The notes below the pieces were generated by a model. That model saw nothing but the letters and a program-made list of their open reading frames with translations. It ran no database searches and was not told the DNA's origin. Below are positions 45,451 to 54,674 of a stretch of 64,000 nt of DNA, in pieces. The position numbers and the translations under genes are program-made. The stretch comes from Cyanidioschyzon merolae (lineage: Eukaryota): assembly GCA_000091205.1 (NCBI GenBank), contig AP006488.2. One strand, 5' to 3'. The first letter of the stretch is position 1. Each line of letters opens with the position of its first letter.

Positions 45451-48400
45451 ATGCGCGTCTCTCGCGGCCCAGCCGCCTACCACAGTCCGGCGAGCACGAA
45501 CGCTTCACCACTTCGTTATGGGTCGGTTCAGGGGAGTTTGGGGCACCAGGGTTCACTGTTTATGGAGCGTTCGCGGTCCGCTGCGGTGGTGGTGGCACCA
45601 ACCGGCATGGTATACTGTCCGCGTGCGCCACGCTGGATCATGAAGGCGGTGCGCGCTATCGGTGTTGCGGGCTGGGGCGGCAGCGGCGGCGGTCGCTCCT
45701 GGACGCTGAGTGGGGCGCGGGGTCCCCTCGAGACTGCGCAAGAGTCTGGTGAGGAGCAGTTGAGCGAAGAGAACCCAGAGGGCTCTGAGCGACCAGCCGA
45801 GAGAGACAACGGCGCTGGCAGCGCTGGTAGCCTCACAGCACACGACGTTGTGGTCAGTATGGGCGGCGGGAGTCTCGGCGCGACCGTTTTGGGTAATGAG
45901 TCTTTCATCTGGACCCTGAGCGGATGGAGACAGTCGGTACGAGAGGCTCAGGAGCGAGAGGATGCGAGGCAACTACGTTCCGCTTTCGACCGAGAGGAAA
46001 TGGTCAGTGGTTACGAAACTCCGGCTACTGGCACGTCGTTGCTGTCGACTTCCATCGAGCGGCGCGGGGGTGCTGCGCTCGGCTCGGCGTTGAGCTTGAC
46101 GACTCGCTCACCGTGGGCGATCATTGGCGCGCTAGCGTCCTGGCTTGAGGATCGCTTCTTTCCTCTGTTTGGAGCCGAGGAAGCAGAGAATATCATGGCT
46201 GCCGCAGAAGGCGAAATGCCACGCGCGGCCCGCACTGTCGCCAGCTCGGCAAGCAGTATCACAGGTAGCATGATCGACGAGGAAACCGCCGCTAACCGAC
46301 GCCTCCAAGCCGCACTGCTTCGTCAGAGCGGGTCTACCAGAGACAGACGGGTCGATGCCTTGCAGTACGTTCTAGATCAAATGATTGACCCGTTTTGCCG
46401 CGCTGTACTGGCGAGCTTCGCCGCCGCAGCGACAGATTCAGCTGCGTCAATTCTGGGACCGCTTCTGTTCCTCTACGGGCACGCCTACCATATGCAACGA
46501 GGGGAGATGCAACTAGGGAGCGAAGGAGATCAGGTTTTAATGGAGGAGGACTTGGCAAACATGCCGCGGGCAATCATGGCGCTACGAACGCTAACTGAAT
46601 TGTACAGTGAACTGTTCTCTACGTCAAATGCGGGTTTCGGTAGATCAAGGGGCAACAGCTCAAGTACGCTGAATCAAGCAGGGACACCACAGCATGCTGC
46701 CTTGATCAGCACCAATGCGTCGTCGGCGAATATTGCCGTTGTGCCGTCAAGCAGAAGCAGATTGGGACGAACGTTATCAACGCAATCGGGGAACAAGGCG
46801 TCAGCCCAAGGATCGCTCTCCGATGCTGGGGAGGTTTTGGATGCATTTGCCACGCGGGCGGAACTGCTGGCTGGGACCACAGAAGCCATGGATCCACCGC
46901 TGGCGTCGTCCTTGACAACGGAACCAGCGGTTGGGAGGGCGAGATCGCCAGCGGACGCTGCGGCTGCGATTGCGTCCAGCAGCGCAACCCTACCGCTGAC
47001 GGGCGCATACGGTCGGGAAAGTGAGCCGGCTGATTCTGCTGCAACGTCGAGTGACACCGATGCGGCACTGTCGGAAGCGGTCAAGTCGCTGCGCCATGCG
47101 CCCGCCACGGAGACGGAACGCCCGGAGCTCCGTGCAGCCGCTGGCGCTAGTGCTGCTGCTGCTGCTGTCGGTGCTCCAGACGTTGCTACGATGCCGCAGG
47201 CGGCGGCGGCGGCTGCGGCGGCGGTGTCTCAATGCGCTTTTTCGGAGAACGATCGAACAGCGCTGCTCGAGGCGGCACTGGCCCGCATTGAAGCGCTGGA
47301 GCGAGAGGTGGACTTTTTGAACCGCGAGCTTGCAGCATTCCGTGATGACTGCGTATCGAGCAATCGCGACCTGCACAATTGCGTCGACGCTTGGACGGCA
47401 ATCGTGCTCTCAGAGACGCGCAGTGTTGCGGCAACAGAGCGTGCAACCATTCGAGCACTCGCACGACGACTGCGTAAGCTAGAGCGCCAAATTTTCTCGG
47501 AGAACGTTGCAGCAACTGCTGCTACATCGCCGGAACACTCGAATCGAGGTGAATCTAGAAGGGCAACCCGAGCTAGCAGTGAGCGAGCAGAGGTGCAGGC
47601 GGAAGGCTACGGGACAGCCTCACGGTCAGCGGCGCAGCCGTGGCCAGCAACCGCGACAGCCACGGAGGCTACAGAGACATTAGAATTCGTGGCGGGAAAG
47701 CAGGGGCCGCCCACAGCGTCGCCTTCAGCTCAGGATTCGCGGCTCTTGTACAGTGAGATCTCCAGCGATGACCCTACGGAAGCGCCAAGTCGAGCGATGC
47801 AACCGGGTAGTGGCGCGGCGCGTGGCGCACCGACTGTTACGGTCCGCTCTCCGTCGGCGGGGCCCGTAGCCGCTTTGTCATATCTCCTCAGTGAACACGG
47901 GAGTTTCGGCAGCGACGAAGACCCTCTTCTTACGGCTTTCCAGCGCGCAGTCGGTCTCGGTAACGCCTTGGGCAGCGGCGATGACACCGGTGAGTCCGCC
48001 TCGTCGACACCACGGGGCGGCACACCGCGATCCGGCGGCCTGCATGGCCCTGGTGCCGGCTCACTGCAAGCACCTGCGCAACAAAGCACATATCCAAGCG
48101 TACGCGGTGCCCAGAGAGCAATCATCGGCAGCCTGCCCCGCTCGACGAGTGGCTCGAATATGGTCCGTATTTCATCGCCGATGCTTTCGGATCCCATGTC
48201 CGGCTCCGGTGCGCTATCGAGCTCGCTACCAGTGACGAGTTCACTGCGAACCCGGGTGGCACCTACGGTGAGCATTGCGACCGGCGGGCTGCCCGAAAAC
48301 CCGCACACTTCGCGTCGCATCCTCCGTGACGGTAAATGGGTCCACGAGGAGGCAGCGTCTAGTCCGGGCGCTGCCTGGGGTAGGGCATCGGCTTCGCGAG

Positions 48401-48516
48401 CAAGTCGCCGAGAACGAGAGGCCGTCCTTCGACGCCAGATAGAGAGTATGCAAGTGGCACTGGAAGAAGAGCGGCAACGAAGGCAGATCCTCGAAGAGCG
48501 GCTCCTCCGTCAGTAG
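45451..48516 (+). CDS. Hypothetical large Ala/Ser/Gly-rich protein with C-terminal coiled-coil segments.
   Basis: 3 kb uninterrupted ORF. The track start is TTG; the first ATG is at 45451. Coiled-coil-like 'LEAALARIEALEREVDFLNRELAAFRDD'. Confidence 0.55.
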   Translation: MRVSRGPAAYHSPASTNASPLRYGSVQGSLGHQGSLFMERSRSAAVVVAPTGMVYCPRAPRWIMKAVRAIGVAGWGGSGGGRSWTLSGARGPLETAQESGEEQLSEENPEGSERPAERDNGAGSAGSLTAHDVVVSMGGGSLGATVLGNESFIWTLSGWRQSVREAQEREDARQLRSAFDREEMVSGYETPATGTSLLSTSIERRGGAALGSALSLTTRSPWAIIGALASWLEDRFFPLFGAEEAENIMAAAEGEMPRAARTVASSASSITGSMIDEETAANRRLQAALLRQSGSTRDRRVDALQYVLDQMIDPFCRAVLASFAAAATDSAASILGPLLFLYGHAYHMQRGEMQLGSEGDQVLMEEDLANMPRAIMALRTLTELYSELFSTSNAGFGRSRGNSSSTLNQAGTPQHAALISTNASSANIAVVPSSRSRLGRTLSTQSGNKASAQGSLSDAGEVLDAFATRAELLAGTTEAMDPPLASSLTTEPAVGRARSPADAAAAIASSSATLPLTGAYGRESEPADSAATSSDTDAALSEAVKSLRHAPATETERPELRAAAGASAAAAAVGAPDVATMPQAAAAAAAAVSQCAFSENDRTALLEAALARIEALEREVDFLNRELAAFRDDCVSSNRDLHNCVDAWTAIVLSETRSVAATERATIRALARRLRKLERQIFSENVAATAATSPEHSNRGESRRATRASSERAEVQAEGYGTASRSAAQPWPATATATEATETLEFVAGKQGPPTASPSAQDSRLLYSEISSDDPTEAPSRAMQPGSGAARGAPTVTVRSPSAGPVAALSYLLSEHGSFGSDEDPLLTAFQRAVGLGNALGSGDDTGESASSTPRGGTPRSGGLHGPGAGSLQAPAQQSTYPSVRGAQRAIIGSLPRSTSGSNMVRISSPMLSDPMSGSGALSSSLPVTSSLRTRVAPTVSIATGGLPENPHTSRRILRDGKWVHEEAASSPGAAWGRASASRASRREREAVLRRQIESMQVALEEERQRRQILEERLLRQ

Positions 48517-49060
48517 CATGCGGTACGGTGATCATGCGTGCATACGAATATCCTAGTTCAATTTTGTCTGCATTTATGTAGCCTTGCACCAATGCCCCGA
48601 ATACGTAGCATGCGGTACGGTGATCATGCGTGCATACGAATATCCTAGTTCAAGTTCGTCTGCATTTATGTAGCCTTGCACCAATGCCCCGAATACACAG
48701 CATGCGGTACGGTGATCATGCGTGCATACGAATATCCTAGTTCAATTTTGTCTGCATTTATGTAGCCTTGCACCAATGCCCCGAATACACAGCATGCGGT
48801 ACGGTGATCATGCGTGCATACGAATATCCTAGTTCAATTTTGTCTGCATTTCTAAAGCCTTGCACCAATGCCCCGAATACGTAGCATGCGGTACGGTGAT
48901 CATGCGTGCATACAAATATCCTAGTTCAATTTTGTCTGCATTTATGTAGCCTTGCACCAATGCCCCAAATACACAGCATGCGGTACGGTGATCATGCGTG
49001 CATACGAATATCCTAGTTCAATTTTGTCTGCATTTATGTAGCCTTGCACCAATGCCCCGA
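48517..49060. repeat. Satellite-like tandem array: a roughly 92 bp unit in about 6 copies.
   Basis: Unit 'agcatgcggtacggtgatcatgcgtgcatacgaatatcctagttcaattttgtctgcatttatgtagccttgcaccaatgccccgaatac' with a few point variants. It starts at the TAG stop of the upstream gene. Confidence 0.85.
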
Positions 49061-49861
49061 GGGCATGCGAACGTTCATATTGTGATGGTTTGCGCGCTCT
49101 CTCTACCCGAACGAGAACATCGCGAGCACATCACGACACGATCATAGAATCGTGGCACCTGTGCCCTAGTCGTCATGGAGCGGCATCGTTGCGGGTATTC
49201 ATCGGGAGAACGCGCCAGTGTTCCGCTACATGGAGTTGCTCGTGCCAGCATCACGCGTCGCACTGTGGATTCAGTGTGTTCATCGGCGTGTCGCAAGCGA
49301 AGACTAGAGCGCAGGCTCAGACCTAAAGCCGGCGATTGTGCCCATGCGCGCCTCGTTGGTACCGTGTGCGCGTGCCATGCGCTCGCTCACTGTGCACCGC
49401 GAGCCTGCAACAGGCTCGGCATTTCACAACGTTCCTCGTCAGAGTCGCGCGGTCGTGTCCAGCGCTTCGGCCCCGCGGGGAAATCCTCGACGAGGCCGCG
49501 AACATGTGCTTTCCCGGATCATGCGCAACGGATCAATGCACAGGTTTCCCAGCGAAAGTGTCGCGTGCTCTGATGGAGCGTTGGTCGGTGTGTATGCGTA
49601 CGCGTATGCACACGTATGTGTGTGCGTATGTGGACACGGGTGACGCCGTTGAACAAGAGCCACAAGGATGCAGCGTCGCCCAGCGTGCACGTTTAGGCAT
49701 GCTGAGGCGAACAGGTACTGTATGCATGTCCCGCGAACAGAGCGAGAACGAAACACCCTGCACCTTATGCGCCCTCTCACCCAAAACATTTACAATCACC
49801 CAACACTACCAGTTTAACTTGGATAAAGGGATCGAGTATTGAACGTGCTGCTGGTCCTCGT

Positions 49862-52108
49862 CTACTGCACGTCACGGGTGTAGGAGATGGAGCGTCGCCG
49901 CTGCGGTCGACCGCCTCGCACTCGTGACGAGCGCTCGCGCCGCCCGGTACGACCACCGGGCCCATCACGCGTGCGTCCGTTCAGAGACTGACGATCAGAG
50001 TCGTCGTCAAGCGAGCGGCCGCGTCTACGCTCCAAGTGCCCGGAGCTGAAGCGATAATCATCAACACGCAGTTCTGGAAGCGCGGCACACACCTCAATGG
50101 TAAAGTCTGGGTAGCGGGTGCGTCGATCACCAGTACCTCCACCGGCAGCAGCGCCTGTTGACGCATGTGATGCCGTTGTTCCGTTCTCTGCGTCCGACGA
50201 GGTGGCGTCTGTGGTTGATTGCGGTTCCATGCACCGCAGAATCTCATCGGCAGCCTCGACGGAGACATCGAAAACTGCCTGACGAGGGTCGCGACACAGG
50301 CGCACTTTGCCAATATCATCGGTGAAGAGTTTTCCGGACTGGCTCAGACGCCGAACGATGCCGAGCACATCACGAGGCGTTACTCCCGCCCGGTTCATTG
50401 TCAGGAGCAGGGTACGCAGGCCAGCCTCACCTGTCAACAGGGAGCGGTGCTCGATATGCGTCCGTCCAGAAATGACGGCTAGTGCTGCAGCCAAAGCTCG
50501 ACGCGCATCGCCCTCGAACTGGGCTGCAGCGAGCTCATCGGCGGCCCGTTGGAAATAGGGCACAACGCGATTGGTGCTGGCTTCACCGACTGCACGAGCG
50601 GCATTCTGTGCAGCGACATCCAGCACCCGTTCCAGCGTTGGTGGCCCCGCTTGCTCGAATCGAATCGAAGCACCTCGTTCAAGGGCACGCAAAAGGCCGC
50701 GCTCAGAGTCACTGTACATGATCACTGCTGTGCCACTGCGTCCCGCCCGGCCAGTGCGACCCGCACGATGAATGTAGGTGTCGACGTCGCGCGGCGGGCG
50801 CATCTGCACAATTACGTCTACTTCATGGATATCTAATCCGCGGGCGGCAACATCCGTGGCCACCAGGATAGAGAAACGACCGTCACGAAACTGTTGCAAT
50901 GTGAGCTCGCGTTGCCGTTGACTCACATCGCCATGTAAGACCTGTGCTACACTGCTACGAAAGATGGACGCGGTCATGGCAATCTCGTCGGCTTCACGCT
51001 TTGTATCCGTAAACACGATGCACCGCTGATTTCCCGTCTCTGCGTGGGCAAACACGATATCCTCCAGCATTGCGAATCGGGCAAAATCCGCATCCGGTAC
51101 GCGAACTGCCACATGGCGAACATTCTTTGCGGCCCTGGTCTCTGTTCTGCCGACAACGTCGTGAACCACCGGCGCTCGTTGATGCTGCGCGGCAATCTTC
51201 TGCACCCATGGTGGAATCGTCGCGGAGAAAAGCACCGTTTGCCGCTCCTCCTTCGGCGGCATCTTTTGAAAGATGCGCTCCACGTCCTCAGCGAAACCGA
51301 GCGACAGCATTTCATCCGCTTCGTCGAGGACAGCGATCCGTATATTACTCAGGTTCAATGTTCCCCGATCCAAATGATCGAGAATGCGACCAGGTGTGCC
51401 AACCAGAACGTCAAAGCCGCGACGCAGCGCTTCCTCCTGTTGTGTGTACGATGCGCCGCCATAGAAACAGTCCACCGCTAAGCCGTGCGGTTGCCCAATC
51501 AAACGCAACTGCTCTGTTACCTGTTTTGCCAACTCACGAGTGGGTGTCAAGACCAGTGCACAAGGCGAGCGACCCGGAGCACCGCGTCGGCTACCGTTCG
51601 AAACCCGCGCCTCCACCATACGCTCAACAAGCGGCACGCCAAACGCAAACGTCTTTCCCGTGCCCGTATGCGAACGACCTATGACGTCACGACCGCTGCG
51701 CATGTCGTTGAATGTTATCGCCTGAATCTCCGTCAGTTCCGTGATTCCTTTCTTACGCAACGCTGCTGCAGTGGCCTCGGATAGCGGGAAGCGCTCAAGG
51801 CTCCAGTCCCGGTGCTTGCTCTCGGAGGTGGCGTTCTCCGCTTCGATGACGACGCCGTCCTGTTTGGTCGACTCTAACTCTTCCGATGGCAGGGATAATT
51901 GCATTTTTAGAGAGCACTGGTGCCGACGGGAGGCGCCCCCGAACCGGCACGCAACCGGAGTGAGTTTGCCGCGCGGTACGAAACCGCTAGTGGTGCTGAA
52001 CCAGGACGGCCGGCCGCAAAGGCGGGTCACCGGATCGCCCCAGCAGCTCGCCCGAGAAAACAGACACGTGGACTGTATTCCCGAAATGACATTGGATATA
52101 AAGGTCAT
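49862..52108 (-). CDS. DEAD-box ATP-dependent RNA helicase with an N-terminal presequence and a GUCT-like C-terminal domain. This is the architecture of plant RH3-type organellar helicases.
   Basis: Motifs 'GRSHTGTGKTFAFGVP' (I), 'PTRELAKQ' (Ia), 'LDEADEMLSLGF' (II), 'SAT' (III), 'HRAGRTGRAGRSG' (VI). ATG at 52108. Confidence 0.9.
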   Translation of the reverse strand: MTFISNVISGIQSTCLFSRASCWGDPVTRLCGRPSWFSTTSGFVPRGKLTPVACRFGGASRRHQCSLKMQLSLPSEELESTKQDGVVIEAENATSESKHRDWSLERFPLSEATAAALRKKGITELTEIQAITFNDMRSGRDVIGRSHTGTGKTFAFGVPLVERMVEARVSNGSRRGAPGRSPCALVLTPTRELAKQVTEQLRLIGQPHGLAVDCFYGGASYTQQEEALRRGFDVLVGTPGRILDHLDRGTLNLSNIRIAVLDEADEMLSLGFAEDVERIFQKMPPKEERQTVLFSATIPPWVQKIAAQHQRAPVVHDVVGRTETRAAKNVRHVAVRVPDADFARFAMLEDIVFAHAETGNQRCIVFTDTKREADEIAMTASIFRSSVAQVLHGDVSQRQRELTLQQFRDGRFSILVATDVAARGLDIHEVDVIVQMRPPRDVDTYIHRAGRTGRAGRSGTAVIMYSDSERGLLRALERGASIRFEQAGPPTLERVLDVAAQNAARAVGEASTNRVVPYFQRAADELAAAQFEGDARRALAAALAVISGRTHIEHRSLLTGEAGLRTLLLTMNRAGVTPRDVLGIVRRLSQSGKLFTDDIGKVRLCRDPRQAVFDVSVEAADEILRCMEPQSTTDATSSDAENGTTASHASTGAAAGGGTGDRRTRYPDFTIEVCAALPELRVDDYRFSSGHLERRRGRSLDDDSDRQSLNGRTRDGPGGRTGRRERSSRVRGGRPQRRRSISYTRDVQ

Positions 52109-54674
52109 ACTTGATTTTTCAACCGCTCTTACGGAGCGTACGATACGAAGTGACGGTGCTCGATAGCCTGCAGCACACGAGCGACGTTAACGTTCGAGAG
52201 CGCAGCGGCTTCATCGCCGCCGTCGTCGACGCCGTCGTCAACGTCGTCGCCAGTTTGCGCTGCTGCATCCGGCGTGTTCGCTCCATAAGATTATCGTCCA
52301 GCGCCCGTGTCATTCGACGGTGGAGCGCTCGGGGCGGGCTGGTGGCGGCTCGCCCTTGAGCAGGTACAGAAATGGGTAAAAAGTTATCTGCTTGTCCCTG
52401 GCGATCTCCTTGCAGGAATCTCTTTTGTACTACCATGTACGTAAATATACAGTTTAGTTCAGTGCCGGTCCGTGGCGACGCGCATGCAGCGCCTGGGGCG
52501 GCACCCGCGCGCGCCTATCGAAGCGCGGGGCACCATTGATTGTTCAGCAGGTGCCCGACTCAAGTCCTTCCTGCTATCTTCATGCGGAGCTAGTGCATTT
52601 CTAGTTCGCTGTAACGCAGCGTATTCGTGCGTGGATTCGGGCGAGAATTTGAATAACGCTCTCCTGGCCACTTATTTTTTATTCGATACCTGGAGCGTTT
52701 CAGCAGAGTGCCCACACTGCATGCGGTGCAGTACCCTCGAAGGTTCGCTCGATACGAAGCCGCTGGATGCTCCAGAAACACAACACTTTTTCCGGATGCT
52801 GGGCGAGACCTTCAATTCTTGGTGCGCAAAGTGCTTGCGCGATTATGGCTCGTAGACTCATGCCATGGTAAGTCGCTTACTGTTCAATGCCTTGCCATCT
52901 GAGGTCCGGTCAGCTTCGCGTGAGGAATCTTTTGCATGCGGCGCTGTTTGGCGGTCTTCTTCTTTACCATTTTGAATCGTGGGACTGTGCTCGTGATTCG
53001 TATATGTCGTCCTGAACGCGTCAATGAGCATCGTACAGAATCAAGTCCTGCACTTGTTGTACGCTTTCGTCGAAGGACCAGGAGCGCAGGGGCCTTTGCT
53101 TGCTCGTCACCGCATCCATCGCGAGCACGCCTACGGGCCGATGCGCGTCTTCCCGTTTCGTCCTGTGCACGATCATAGAAGCAGCGCGGGCGTCCAAGGT
53201 CGGTGAAGGTAGAGAGCGACCTGTCCGAGTATGGTATCAAGAGGCGGACGAATCATCTATAGATCGATGAATGTGAAAATGGCGTTTCGTGTCCATAAAG
53301 ATTTATAGGACTGTGTTGAACAAGCGCTAATAGGCTGGCATGAAGAGCAGCTGAACGCCAATCTAAGCTGCATACTCCTCGACCGATTGGAGTGATGGAA
53401 ACCGACATTGCCCGAGACCCGGACAGGAGAATGTTCGCAAGATAAACATGAAACGCTCTTCGACGAAGGATGACGTGTTCGTCGATGTCATCCGTATGAT
53501 GATTTGGAGGCGAACAGACGATTGCATCGAGGCTAGGGTTCATGTTGTCGTCATGGGAGCATGACCCTTCTTTACGAACAGCGGTTTGAACCCCCATCCC
53601 TGCTTACCCATATACTGGTCTAAAGATTCTCCCTAATAACGTCTCATCGAATGGATCAAACACCCTTCGCTTCTGTAAAAAGCGTTCGCGTTTCGGTACC
53701 TACTCGATCATGTCTACTCCAACGCGCGCAAGCGTCCCAATGAAGCGTACGTTTCCCCTTGTCTGTGCGGGTCCGTCCGTGCCCGTTCGTATCCAAGGCA
53801 CGGAAACTTGACATCCTCTGGCTTTTTTGGTGATATTTTTTGCAGAACGTTTGGAGTGGAATGTATTGACAAGGAGACGATCGTGTTGGTATGGCAGAAT
53901 ATGTTCTGTTTTGAGTACACGACGTTCAGAATGAGAACGATGAGAAGGGTGCTTTATCAAACCCGCTAACCGAAGAATGGCGAACGTCTACAATAATGGC
54001 CGTCTTCCGCAGGCAACGAGTGACACGACCAAGTCTCTTCGCGACGTTTCTCCGATCTTCTGGAACCATTCATATAGTTGAATACTCCCAGAAACACGAA
54101 TGAACATGGGAAGTGGCGTGCCGGTACAGGTGTACCAACATGCACTGTTCTGAATGTCAAGCTTCTCGACCACTGACACCTCCGATGCATACGTTCTGAT
54201 AGGGCATCGGTGGCCGTCAGTGTTCGTCGCCCATATTCTCGAAATCCACTGCCAAGCACCAGAACAACAACATCGCCAACAGGACGTTTCTCGATACCAA
54301 GTATTGTCAAGCGTGCATCCATGGACCGCGTAACGCGTGCAGGCCGCTCCTGAGACGACTCACAGTTCGTACAAGCGCACTCCTGACGCCATCGGAGGTA
54401 CTCAAGGAGACGACCTCGTCACAAGTTAAACTTATAGGACCCGAAAATCTGCGTCAGGGTGTATGACGCTCCGCTGGAACCCGAAGAAGCGTTCTTAAGG
54501 AACGCGCAACGCAAGCCACTCCCGGAAGTCATGCGAGCACTTGACAGACCCAGACTAGGCGGCACGTCGCGCCACCAGCGGTATCGCAACATGAATGCCC
54601 AAGCAGCGTGCGTCAACTTATCCCTGAACAACCAGCCAAAAACGACATTCGGTTGCCTCGGCTTGCAAACATCT

